A stretch of 64,000 nt of DNA, from positions 1,056,001 to 1,120,000 of the forward strand of contig CP000069.1 in NCBI GenBank assembly GCA_000002445.1, in the 5' to 3' direction. The position numbers and the translations under genes are program-made. This document shows, piece after piece, positions 1 to 10,023 of the stretch (position 1 is the stretch's first letter; every line of letters starts with the position of its first letter). The notes below the pieces were generated by a model that saw only the letters and a program-made list of their open reading frames with translations, did not search any database and had not been told where the DNA came from. Origin of the DNA: Trypanosoma brucei. Taxonomy: Eukaryota.

Positions 1-158
1 TGAGCAAAACCGAAGTGTGAAATCACAGGTAGAGTCAGCGGTGGTGGTTCAGGGGGCGCCAAGCAAAATTATTAAAAGAATGTTACAAAATAATGTAACG
101 AAACGAAGCCCTATCACTATTATCCCTTTTCCTTTCCACGAAACGTAAACCACGGTTT

Positions 159-3100
159 CTACACAGAGTTTGCGTTCCTTATCGTCAGTTCATCATCTGC
201 AAGTACAACTGTGACATACGTGGATGGCTCCTCTGGGACACACCATAAGCAGCGGGAGAGACGCGAGACACTCGCTCGTTTCTCCACAGCCAATGGGTCA
301 TTCGCTTGACGTCGTAATTCTGCCGAGCGCATAACATCTCGCGGATCGGGGCGCCAAATCTTGATAAGAGTCAAGACACCAAGCACAGGAACAACCAAGG
401 CACTCACCACTGCAATACATGTCAAAAATGAAACAATATCCGTTGTTTTCTTCCACACACCGTAGTAATAAAAACTCTCTAGGGAAGAGTAAATCATGTT
501 GGCTGCAACGTATACTACTGGCATTCCGAAGATAAAAATCGCATTTAATGCCGTAACAGTGTGTGATTCCATGAGGACAGTTACCACTTGCAATAGGATT
601 AAAATGGCATATGTTAGGGTGAATGCCACATCCTTTGCGCTTTGACCAGCATCATTTGGGGAGGCGAATCCCGTCCCATGCACACTTAAAACAAGGAAAT
701 AAGCCAAGATAGATTGGAACACTCCACGGAAAATGAACGACCCAAAAAACTGACAAACACCCAGATCCACACCGCTGCGGGTCACCTTGTAGAGAGCAGG
801 AGTTTGTTCAAGAACTCTTCGTGGAACCTTTCGATCAAGACAGTAGAGCATCGTCTGTGGAAGTGAATACAGACCGTTCCAAAGAGTTAGTCCAAAACCA
901 TCCCAAAAACTACCACCAGAATAATGGGTGTGAAAGATATTATGCACCAATTGAATTATGCCAATTAATACCGACTTGTAGAAGCTATACTTAATGACGA
1001 ACGCCGTACGGTTGTATGCCAGCTGTCCATGAACGAAAACAAGCGATCGAAGGTCGGAAAATCGAGAAATGCTAAAATCCGCTGCACGAGCCGCTTGTTT
1101 CCCTTCCCGCCCCGTAATCCCAACACCCACCTGCGCTTCCTGAATCATGGCCACATCGTTACCACCATCGCCAACTGCAAGAGTGATGAATCCACGGGAA
1201 CGAACGAGGCGCGTGACAGCTGCCTTTTGCTTGGGCGTCGTGCGTGCACAGATAACACTGGCGCAGTTTTCACTCAGCTCAGTTAGTAACTTTAACAGCG
1301 ATGGTGTCGTCAGGATTCTTTCAAGCACCTGACCACCTTCTATCACTAGCACGTAAGAAGATCCGGTTGACAGTGGATTCACATCAGCACTCTCATTTGT
1401 TTCTGTTGTCACACTTCCGTTTCGTTTTTGCATCATCCCCATCGCACACACTTTTTCACCCACCGCTGGATCACTACTAGACCCTGTTGGGAAGCCAGCA
1501 TCACCATACTGTACATCCATCATCACGCCCTTTGAGAACTGCAGAAGTGATTCCATGTACCCTTCCCAAGATTCAAAGGCATCTAACTTATCTGCGAGTA
1601 CACGTAGCACACAATCACCCGGTGAACACAAAGAACAGGTTAGTGCAATTTGTTCAGCCGTTTGTACCTTGTCACCAGTAAGCATCCATACCTTAATACC
1701 AGCTTGCAAGAAACTCCGGATAGTTTCAGGCACATGATCCTGTAACTTGTCCTCTATGGCGGTCACACCCAAGATAGTCACGGAGTTCTCCATCTCCAAA
1801 CGCAGCTTATAGATTTCCTCCTTCCGGTTATTCATTGAAAGTTCCGCCTCTCTCACCTTCTCCAAAAACTCATCAAGCTCGTTCCTTGTTAGGCGCTTCT
1901 CAGCGACTAGAAGCGTGCGCAAACCAAACACCGCATAATGTTCTACTTCAGCAAGAATGGCAGCTTTCGAAGACATTCGCTCCCCTTTACCCCACTGCGG
2001 CCCTCCAGTGGAAGAATTCTCATCGAGGGCCATCTCAAGAATGCGGTCATCCGCCCCCTTTACGAAGTAATATATCGCATTGGTGCTTTTTTCCTCAACA
2101 ATAACACCCATTGTCTTGAACTCCGATGCGAACGCAAACACATAATGAACAAACCACTCCTCCTTAATACCGTTCACCTCCACCGCCGCAGTGGTCGCAT
2201 CCCGTGCAACGAGTCTCACGTTCAGTTTCTCACACCCATTACACAGTGCCACTTCATCTGGTGATGCTGCTTGATAACGCATCGTCCCTACTGCACCACA
2301 CCCAGTTGATAAGCCACTCTGAGTCATCTCTTGGCTAACGTCATCATAGACAACTTCTACAGTGTTACACAACGACAAAACACGTCCGAAGTGTAGAACA
2401 TGCTCTCCACAAGAGACCTGCACCTCTTCCGCTTCTACTGGCGCCAGGCACTTTCGCTCACCATTTATCGTTGCAAACAGAAACTCCATTACATTTTGCG
2501 TTAGCGTACCTGTTTTGTCCGAAAGCACGTAGTCCACTTGCCCCAGGTCCTCCACAATGCTGGAGTTCCTCACATTACACCATTCACCATCGTGGTGCAT
2601 GGCCACATCGTTTTCAATAACCAATGCAAAGTAGTATTTGGACATGTCCGTAACGAATTTGAATGAAATTGGTATGAAAACGGTTGTCAAGAGGAAAAAA
2701 CGAAGAGTATAAATGCCGAAGGCGAGCCCATCTTCACCCGTTGTCATCGGAAGGTACCAGTATGTTTTTTCCACATTTTTGTTCATGAGGTAACCTACAG
2801 CCCCAAACAAAAAACCACAGCTTATTTGGAAAATAAAGACGAAAATAGCATACTTTGATATATCTCGGTCGATTTGGGCCCACTTTACCTTTGGGTTCCG
2901 CTTATTCAAGCAGCATTTAGTATCCTCTCCCGTATATACTGCTAAACAAATTGCTGTTTTTGTGTTCTTCAATACGCACGATTGAGGTAAAATATTGTTC
3001 TCAGATAAGGAAACCCGCATCGGAGCGCTGTTATTCGCCGCCACAGTCTCAGCCGCTGGTGATCTGGAGAAAAAGAACTCTGCAACCCCATCGAAACAGT

Positions 3101-3749
3101 TGATCATAGGGGAGGGATCAGAACACGTGACGCGCATTTGGCCCAACTTTCCCACAATCGATGCACAGCTATCATCAACAGAAAGCAACTGATGAGCAAT
3201 GGCATTGGGCACATCGTCGCCTCCCCTGTGATCACTGGATAATTGAGGAGCAACAACATCCCGCGGTTTCAAATCAAGCTCACCATCAAGATTGTCAGTC
3301 CTTATATACACTATAGGATTCGTTGCAGCCAGTACCACCACGTCACACGGAATATCTTCGCCTTCGCGAAGTAGGATCACATCTCCAACCCGAATGCTGC
3401 GGTTCGTGCGTGTCTCCCATGTCATTGCTTCCCTGTTGAGGACTTTCCGTTCTTTCTTGTTGTATATGGCATCCTGTTTATGACGCTTAATATCGTCCCT
3501 TGCCGCCTTTATTGCAGTGAGGGAAAACGTCAGTGCCAGTGGCAGTAGGGTTGAAAGCGGATTGACCGGAGCAACGATGGAAATAAACTTTAGTGATGCC
3601 ACAAGTAAGAAGTAAAAGTTCACCGGACGCCGAAACTGCTCATAAAAGTTCAGAAACAAGAAATTCCAAACGGTGTAGCGGCTATTCGTGACTTTGTTAT
3701 CGCAAAACGCCGCGGCTGTCGAACCATCCAACGGAGCTACGATTCGCAT
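159..3749 (-). CDS. Phospholipid-transporting P4-type ATPase (aminophospholipid flippase)
   Basis: 1196-aa ORF with P-type ATPase signatures. These are the phosphorylation motif VSDKTGTLTQN, the TGDK motif (MLTGDKVQTAEQIA) and the hinge motif AVGDGGNDVAMIQEAQVGVGI. The N-terminus (SRYTVWNFLFLNFYEQFRRPVNFYFLLVASL) matches the P4-ATPase family pattern, and the hydrophobic C-terminal half is consistent with 10 transmembrane helices. Confidence 0.9.
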   Translation of the reverse strand: MRIVAPLDGSTAAAFCDNKVTNSRYTVWNFLFLNFYEQFRRPVNFYFLLVASLKFISIVAPVNPLSTLLPLALTFSLTAIKAARDDIKRHKQDAIYNKKERKVLNREAMTWETRTNRSIRVGDVILLREGEDIPCDVVVLAATNPIVYIRTDNLDGELDLKPRDVVAPQLSSDHRGGDDVPNAIAHQLLSVDDSCASIVGKLGQMRVTCSDPSPMINCFDGVAEFFFSRSPAAETVAANNSAPMRVSLSENNILPQSCVLKNTKTAICLAVYTGEDTKCCLNKRNPKVKWAQIDRDISKYAIFVFIFQISCGFLFGAVGYLMNKNVEKTYWYLPMTTGEDGLAFGIYTLRFFLLTTVFIPISFKFVTDMSKYYFALVIENDVAMHHDGEWCNVRNSSIVEDLGQVDYVLSDKTGTLTQNVMEFLFATINGERKCLAPVEAEEVQVSCGEHVLHFGRVLSLCNTVEVVYDDVSQEMTQSGLSTGCGAVGTMRYQAASPDEVALCNGCEKLNVRLVARDATTAAVEVNGIKEEWFVHYVFAFASEFKTMGVIVEEKSTNAIYYFVKGADDRILEMALDENSSTGGPQWGKGERMSSKAAILAEVEHYAVFGLRTLLVAEKRLTRNELDEFLEKVREAELSMNNRKEEIYKLRLEMENSVTILGVTAIEDKLQDHVPETIRSFLQAGIKVWMLTGDKVQTAEQIALTCSLCSPGDCVLRVLADKLDAFESWEGYMESLLQFSKGVMMDVQYGDAGFPTGSSSDPAVGEKVCAMGMMQKRNGSVTTETNESADVNPLSTGSSYVLVIEGGQVLERILTTPSLLKLLTELSENCASVICARTTPKQKAAVTRLVRSRGFITLAVGDGGNDVAMIQEAQVGVGITGREGKQAARAADFSISRFSDLRSLVFVHGQLAYNRTAFVIKYSFYKSVLIGIIQLVHNIFHTHYSGGSFWDGFGLTLWNGLYSLPQTMLYCLDRKVPRRVLEQTPALYKVTRSGVDLGVCQFFGSFIFRGVFQSILAYFLVLSVHGTGFASPNDAGQSAKDVAFTLTYAILILLQVVTVLMESHTVTALNAIFIFGMPVVYVAANMIYSSLESFYYYGVWKKTTDIVSFLTCIAVVSALVVPVLGVLTLIKIWRPDPRDVMRSAELRRQANDPLAVEKRASVSRLSRCLWCVPEEPSTYVTVVLADDELTIRNANSV

Positions 3750-4493
3750 TGAACAGACGTGTCAACCACCACCTCCGCACCGTACCGGCGTAAACTGCAA
3801 CAAACGCCCAGGTTCAAGAGTGCAGGAATAACGTACTCAAGAGACAAACAGCAATTTCTTTTTTAAAAAAAAGGCAAGCACAGTCAAAGAATCGAATACT
3901 AATGACAGAAGATATTTGCGCTCCGATACTTATTTTTCTGTGAACTTTACTTTTACTACAAAACATAAAGAATAGTAATAAAAACAAACAAAAAAGTAGA
4001 TATGAAACGTAATAAAGGAAACAAGGGCACTCATGGCATTGACAACGATTACAGTGTCATGCAAGAAAAAACAAAAGTCTCCTACCTTTTTAAGGCTAAT
4101 TAAAAACAAACCACACACACACCTTCAAAAATATATATAATTGAAGTACACCACACTATCAACGACAATGGCGAGGAGATCATAAGAATTTTCTCGAATT
4201 TCTCTTGTTACAACCTCACGAACGTTTTAAACGACAACATCGTGGATAATAAAGGTAAAATGACCTTTTTACTTCCCTTGGGAATTCCCATATCCCAAGA
4301 GACTTCCATGATATTTACAAGAAAAAAAAAGCAACCACATCACAGATAACATTCGGGTGTTATGAATCTTATAGAAATAAGCAGTTAATTGATGCTCTCT
4401 AGTACCCTTCAGAGAAAAAGGGATAAATTTGGCGAACAAAAATATCCCCATACTCGAGAACCGCATTCATGACCATTTGATATGGGACACCGC

Positions 4494-4520
4494 AAACACA
4501 CACACACACATATATATATA
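4494..4520. repeat. (CA)n(TA)n compound microsatellite
   Basis: Direct read: acacacacacacacacatatatatatatg, in the flippase/LRR intergenic region. A second (CA)12 lies at 4921-4947. Confidence 0.9.
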
Positions 4521-4991
4521 TGCAAGAACATGTGATACACCGCTTCTTTCCCGTTACGTTTCCCTTTTATGTTCCCTTTTGGCATCCTTTCAACGAGATG
4601 TCAGTCATCACATGCGGGAAGTAAGACCCTAAGAATTTGCCAAACTTCTCTAAGAATAGAATGTTGGGAAAAGGCAAAGAAGCAAACCTGCACAACGTAA
4701 CCAGCCACACGCAAAACAAGGGTAAATGCTCGAGCGTACGCTTGGAAATCATATTGTATGAGAAGCAGAAAAAAAAATAACGGGAAACAATACACTGAAT
4801 TTTTATAGAAGTGCACAAAATGGAATTCAATATGTTCCCATCGCCTCAGCTAGGTTATAGTGAAGACACGTGAACCGCAGCTCTGACACGCATGTCACAA
4901 AGAATTTGTCTCCCCTCCCACAACACACACACACACACACACACGCCAACCATATCTCAGTAACTGCCGTTGCCTAACAAATGGATTCCCT

Positions 4992-7900
4992 TCACCTTCT
5001 CTGGAGCTCTCTTTTGATTCTGAGAGGGTCCTTCAAAAACTCTCGCTGCATCTCTTCTCGTCGGGAGCGTTCTATCTTCTTTTGCCTTCGCTCAAAATGC
5101 GAGGAAACAAACTCATTCAAATCATCGCCGCCGTTCGAAGGTGGTGCACGCTCCACCTGCGGTTGGCTGTCCGGACGTTTTACGGTATCCAAAAGCTTGT
5201 GTGTATTGCTGACACGAATCTGCCCCGCAGAATTCGTACGAGGTGGCACATCCTTATTTGCAAAACTTGTTAAATGACAATCGAATGTGATGTTGAGTTC
5301 CGCTCCGCGGTTCTCCAAAACGCGCTGAAGAACCGCGCCAACTCCGTCGTATTCAGCTGTTGCATCATCGAGGAAATCAAGAGATACCGGCTTAAAATTA
5401 TCGTCATCATCCTCCAGATTAGACTTCATAATACGCTTGAGGCGGGAACGAACAACAGCCCCACGCCACAGCGGTTGGATGGTACGTGCAGCCACTTCAA
5501 GGCGCCGCCTCTGAACATTTTCGTAGGAATTCCTTAGTTCTTCTAGTTCCATTTTGGCCTTCTTTACAAGGAAGCAACCGTACATCCAGTTGCATATGAA
5601 CTTTTTCGCTCTCATTTCCTTATAAGCATTAGCCCGTTGGGTGTAGAGAGCGTCGACTATATGGATATTCCCTCGCACACGGGGCACATGCTCCATCTGA
5701 ATTAGGTGTTGCTCCATCATTTTTGTTGACTCACGACGGTTACGAACTTCCACTCTGTCAGAAAGACGTTGTGTTATTGGATTAAGGCTTTGCTTCGAGT
5801 CGCGTAATCGTTTTTTTAAATCTTCCTCTACGCTTACCGCATCATGATATCGGCGCCTACGTATGGTGCAGAGATCATCCTGCTCGCGTTGCATAGAGGT
5901 AAGAAAAATGTCGCTCTCCAAAGCTTTGAACAGATCCGCGTAGGTGTCGAGTGGGCCTCGTTCGCAACCCCAACAACTCATGAGACCGCAGAATTGACGC
6001 ATGTGATCTGCTGAAACAGACACTGGCCAATCCCACATGTCAGCGGGTTTATCTTCTGTGACTCTCCATCGGAGCCGGCGAGCGACACAATACGGCATAA
6101 GAGACGAGAACTCCTCAGTTTCAGATATCTGACGGTGCCCCTCCAACACCTTTTCATTGTTCAACTCGGAAAGGTGCGGAAACCACGCAAGCAGTTTGTT
6201 TCTAACTTTATCCAAATTCTTTCCCAAACTGTTATCGTCCATTTGCCTTGCTGAAAAGGGGTTCTCATTCACCGACAGCACCTGTACCATCCGGCATGCC
6301 GTTAGCGGCAGCAGATCTTCTATGCGCTGCAACTGGTTGAACGAAAGATTTACTGTGGTGAGCCGTGGGCAGTGCCGAAGCCCGGACACATCGCGTAGGT
6401 TATTGTTTTCCACGTGAAGCACCGTTAGCAGGGGAAACCAGCAGAAGCTCTCGTCAGATAATGCAACAAGAGCATTTCCATTTAAAAAGAGTTGACGGAG
6501 AAAACCAAGCGATAGCGTGGGCGGAACATCTCGAACTTTGTTTCGTGACAAGTATAGGTTCTGCAACAACACTTGATGAGCAATGGGATCTATGGTTTCG
6601 ATACGGTTGTCACTTAAGTCAATAGTTTGCAGCAGGCGGAGCTGCTTAAGTTCCACCAACGATGTGACCAAGTTGCGACTCGCCTCCAAACACTCAAGGC
6701 GCGTGCACTGAGCCAGTGGCAACAACGATTCCACCTTATTAGAGAATATAAGCAGCGTTCGGAGGTGGTACGAGAGGAGTTTACCCACAGCTTCAACATT
6801 ATCAAGCGCATTTGCAGATATGTCTAGACGCGTAACTCTCGCTGACTGCGCCACGGAGTTCGCTTGAGCCTCTGAAACACCCCGGAGTGGCGCGACGCGA
6901 CACCTAATATCACGGATTTTATTATCGTTTACATTGAGGCTACGAAGCGAGGGAAACACCCGCAACGCATCATCAAGCTGTAGCTGCTGGAGCGCGTTAC
7001 CACCCAAGTCGAGTTCCTTCACGTAAGAAGTTATCGATGTGGAACCTGCCTCTGCGCATGGCACTGTGAGAGTTGCAAGACTAGAGAAGTCGATATCAGA
7101 AATGTGCTCCAAAGCAAAAGACAACGAGTGACAGCGCTGCGCAACATCACGAGCATCAAGCCTCCCACCACCCAAAGCGAGAGGCTGAAGCCGCCTGGCA
7201 AGTTGAGCATTCAAACAGTTACTTGTATGACCATTTAAATTCGTGTCTCTGTCGCCCAATAATGGTGTTGAATGATTGTTTGCAGTGGAGAGGGAGCTGG
7301 AAGAGCCTGCCGTTGCGGGTCGGCTTCCCGGTGGTGGCTCCACTCGACAGGAATGTGAATCATCAGCACGTAACTGAGTTTTAAGTAGGTCCAAAGTATC
7401 GTTAATATCCTGATGGTACTCTTTCAACCATTTCTCTCCAAAGCATCGTTCCATTAAAAGCATTTTTATGCGAAGTGAGTTGCCAATACCAAGTTGAGCG
7501 GCCAGACCTGTTTTTAGAGCAGATAAGGATTCACCACACGCCTTTAGGGTCTCAGACGAGCGTCGCCACGATGCCTCCGTTGTGAACGTGGCGATATTCC
7601 GAGTGTGGAGAATCCTGTGATTCTGATTACCACAACTTTCCATACTGCCATTGCTGCAGCCCAACATTGAATCTGATATTTTCTGCAAGGTTTTTTTGCG
7701 CAGGGATCGAAGACCCTGAAGTGCACGTTGTGCTTCCTGATACATTTCACCAGCGACCTCCTCCTCCCTTGCAACTATTTCACAGCGGATGTGTTCATGC
7801 TCCTCCATAACCCGACCGAGATCTGCTTCCAGTGCCTGCCGCTGGCGAGTAACTTGCACCTGAGTAACCGCTGCAACGTCATCTCGTTCCTTCCCACAAA

Positions 7901-9440
7901 GTTGCTGAAAGGATATTTCTTCCTCTTCGACAATTTGTCTTTGCAGTGTTTCCTCGCGTCGTATAAAGTCTGCGATCGCGCTCGCCAAGGTATTTTCCTG
8001 CTCCTCAAGACGACGTCGCCACTCCTGGGCGGCCTTAAGGTCTTCTTTTCCCATTAGCAATGTCTCCCGCTCCTCGCATATGAGCCGAAAGCTTTCGCGT
8101 CCAGCCACTTTTCTACTCCGTTCCGCGCTAGAAACACACCGCTCCCCAACCGCTGTCACGTCTACACTTTCTCCTTCCATGGCAAGAATACCACGAATCT
8201 GCACTTCCAGTTCTCCTGGGGGTAATAAATCATCCACCCGCTTTGTGAAACTCTCAAACACAAGCCTACCATGATTCGCTCGTGGAAGCTGAAGCTGCTG
8301 CTGACGCTCTCGATGATGCAACTCCAGCTGCCTTGATGCAGCTGCCTCTAAGTCGCTGTCCCTCGCCTCTATAGTTGCAATGGATTGCAGTACCGTCGCT
8401 TGTTCCTCCTCCCAAGCAGGAGAGGCATGTATGCACATTTTTTTCTCATCTTGTTCGGTAGAAATTGTGTCTAAATCAAGCGCACTTGCAGAACTTGGCA
8501 TGCCTCCATTACGTATCAACTTTGGTGCATAATTAGGGTCCACTTCCAATTGGGTGACACTTTCTGCTCGCTTTTCACAATCCCTTACTGCGTTGTCCCA
8601 TTCCAACAGAATTTGTTGTTCCTCCAGTGTGGGTCCGTACTCAAAGGAAAAAAGTGTTTCCCCCCCTTCATAATCACGTTCTTCATCGATCACTTTCCTT
8701 TCTTCTCCAAATGCTCTAATAGCCCTAATTGCTGAGAGACTTACACTGCCGTCATCATCATCATCATCATCATCACTAGAGTCATCATCCCTTTGAACTG
8801 GGTTCCACAGGCGCTCCTCTTCTTCAAATGCGCGATTCCTCTCCATCAAGAATGTTTCATCCATTGGATCTATATATTGCTTCTTCCGACTTGCGAGAAA
8901 GCGATCTGCTTCCTCCAGCATTCCATCAAGCTTCTTTAAGAGTTCTGTGTCGTCGTTGGAGCGTAAACATGAACGCGTCAAATTGAACATATCCAAATCA
9001 TCAATGCCTAAACCATCATCCATGACGTTCCGCGTTCCATACCTTAACGAACCATCATCAACGGGTCCAACCGTCAGTGATACGGAAGAACTTTCACCCC
9101 CAAGCAATTTATTCACCTCTTCCAAAAGGGGTTGAGCTGTGGACGAAGATATAATGTCTGTATAGTGCATCACTACAGACTCAAGAGGCCATGTGTGATC
9201 CACATCAGCAGCAACGGGCTTCTTTCCATCGGCATCGTTTTCGACTTCAGCCTCCGTTTCCGCGTTGGTTCCTGTGAGGAAAACGTCTCGGCCGCCATAG
9301 TCAAAGACACTATTGGAAACAGCTTGGATGTCAAGCAGATCATCAAATGGGCCGCTAGCGCCATACTCCGCGAGAAGTTCGGCAACTTCCTCAGGCGTCA
9401 TCCCCCGCAATGACTTTCGTGGGGGATCCGAATCATCCAT
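4992..9440 (-). CDS. Leucine-rich-repeat protein with C-terminal IQ (calmodulin-binding) motif and acidic poly-Asp tract
   Basis: 1482-aa ORF with a run of canonical LRRs (LDLGGNALQQLQL, LRSLNVNDNKIRDI, LDISANALDNVEAV, LEASRNLVTSL, IDLSDNRIETID, LYLSRNKVRDV, LFLNGNALVAL, LHVENNNLRDV, VNLSFNQLQRI). An IQ motif (IQPLWRGAVVRSRLKRI) lies near the C-terminus, and there is a DDDSSDDDDDDDDGS acidic tract. Product name beyond LRR/IQ is inference. Confidence 0.7.
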   Translation of the reverse strand: MDDSDPPRKSLRGMTPEEVAELLAEYGASGPFDDLLDIQAVSNSVFDYGGRDVFLTGTNAETEAEVENDADGKKPVAADVDHTWPLESVVMHYTDIISSSTAQPLLEEVNKLLGGESSSVSLTVGPVDDGSLRYGTRNVMDDGLGIDDLDMFNLTRSCLRSNDDTELLKKLDGMLEEADRFLASRKKQYIDPMDETFLMERNRAFEEEERLWNPVQRDDDSSDDDDDDDDGSVSLSAIRAIRAFGEERKVIDEERDYEGGETLFSFEYGPTLEEQQILLEWDNAVRDCEKRAESVTQLEVDPNYAPKLIRNGGMPSSASALDLDTISTEQDEKKMCIHASPAWEEEQATVLQSIATIEARDSDLEAAASRQLELHHRERQQQLQLPRANHGRLVFESFTKRVDDLLPPGELEVQIRGILAMEGESVDVTAVGERCVSSAERSRKVAGRESFRLICEERETLLMGKEDLKAAQEWRRRLEEQENTLASAIADFIRREETLQRQIVEEEEISFQQLCGKERDDVAAVTQVQVTRQRQALEADLGRVMEEHEHIRCEIVAREEEVAGEMYQEAQRALQGLRSLRKKTLQKISDSMLGCSNGSMESCGNQNHRILHTRNIATFTTEASWRRSSETLKACGESLSALKTGLAAQLGIGNSLRIKMLLMERCFGEKWLKEYHQDINDTLDLLKTQLRADDSHSCRVEPPPGSRPATAGSSSSLSTANNHSTPLLGDRDTNLNGHTSNCLNAQLARRLQPLALGGGRLDARDVAQRCHSLSFALEHISDIDFSSLATLTVPCAEAGSTSITSYVKELDLGGNALQQLQLDDALRVFPSLRSLNVNDNKIRDIRCRVAPLRGVSEAQANSVAQSARVTRLDISANALDNVEAVGKLLSYHLRTLLIFSNKVESLLPLAQCTRLECLEASRNLVTSLVELKQLRLLQTIDLSDNRIETIDPIAHQVLLQNLYLSRNKVRDVPPTLSLGFLRQLFLNGNALVALSDESFCWFPLLTVLHVENNNLRDVSGLRHCPRLTTVNLSFNQLQRIEDLLPLTACRMVQVLSVNENPFSARQMDDNSLGKNLDKVRNKLLAWFPHLSELNNEKVLEGHRQISETEEFSSLMPYCVARRLRWRVTEDKPADMWDWPVSVSADHMRQFCGLMSCWGCERGPLDTYADLFKALESDIFLTSMQREQDDLCTIRRRRYHDAVSVEEDLKKRLRDSKQSLNPITQRLSDRVEVRNRRESTKMMEQHLIQMEHVPRVRGNIHIVDALYTQRANAYKEMRAKKFICNWMYGCFLVKKAKMELEELRNSYENVQRRRLEVAARTIQPLWRGAVVRSRLKRIMKSNLEDDDDNFKPVSLDFLDDATAEYDGVGAVLQRVLENRGAELNITFDCHLTSFANKDVPPRTNSAGQIRVSNTHKLLDTVKRPDSQPQVERAPPSNGGDDLNEFVSSHFERRQKKIERSRREEMQREFLKDPLRIKRELQRR
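8752..8776. repeat. Coding trinucleotide repeat (TCA)8 on plus = (GAT/GAC)n on coding strand, encoding poly-Asp in the LRR-IQ protein
   Basis: Direct read tcatcatcatcatcatcatcatcac. It corresponds to DDDDDDDD in the 4992-9440 ORF. Confidence 0.9.
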
Positions 9441-10023
9441 AGGCTGTGGAATTGCTCCTCAAGCCCAGTGTTTCAGTACTTACCTTCGCACAAGCACGGA
9501 CATAAAGAAAAGAAAAGACAACAAATATTTAACGTTTTTTCCTCCTCTTTAATTCTGAAAAAAAAATCATAAACAAACATAATATGAACGTGGGCGTTTG
9601 TGGGTATGCTTAGCCACGAAAGAGTTCGTCCAACACGACGGATCCGCATATAGGCACACTTCCACGCATCATTCACTTTACAAATAATTACGTCCCTGAT
9701 ACTTTAATTAAGCAGTGGAGTATCACCTTTTTCTTCGTGCGAAGAAATTTAAAGTACAAAGTGTGTTCACACCCCTCCGTTACCCTAACGTGAAAAAAAA
9801 AATGTATCAAAAAATCGTCTTTACACGTTTTTTTTGTGGCACCCCTCTTTCCTCCCCTTAAAAAATGAGCGAACCCGATAATTCACTACTACTTCACGTA
9901 AATCTAAATATTCTATGAAATAGTAACCTCATTACCAAATAACACCACAGAAAGATCAGCTGCTACCCCTTTTCGTTCCCGCAGAATCGCTTTATACAAG
10001 GGTGAAAACATTTTTTTTTGTAA

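Noticed and set aside
3750-4991. Search for tRNA/snRNA/SL-RNA/rRNA genes in intergenic regions (e.g. 3750-4991, 9441-10023, 27475-28720, 51765-52868)
   Set aside because: I found no GTTCGAATC-type T-loop boxes, no SL-RNA sequence, and no rRNA-like conserved stretches by eye. I could not run covariance models, so small RNAs cannot be excluded, but nothing supportable was seen.
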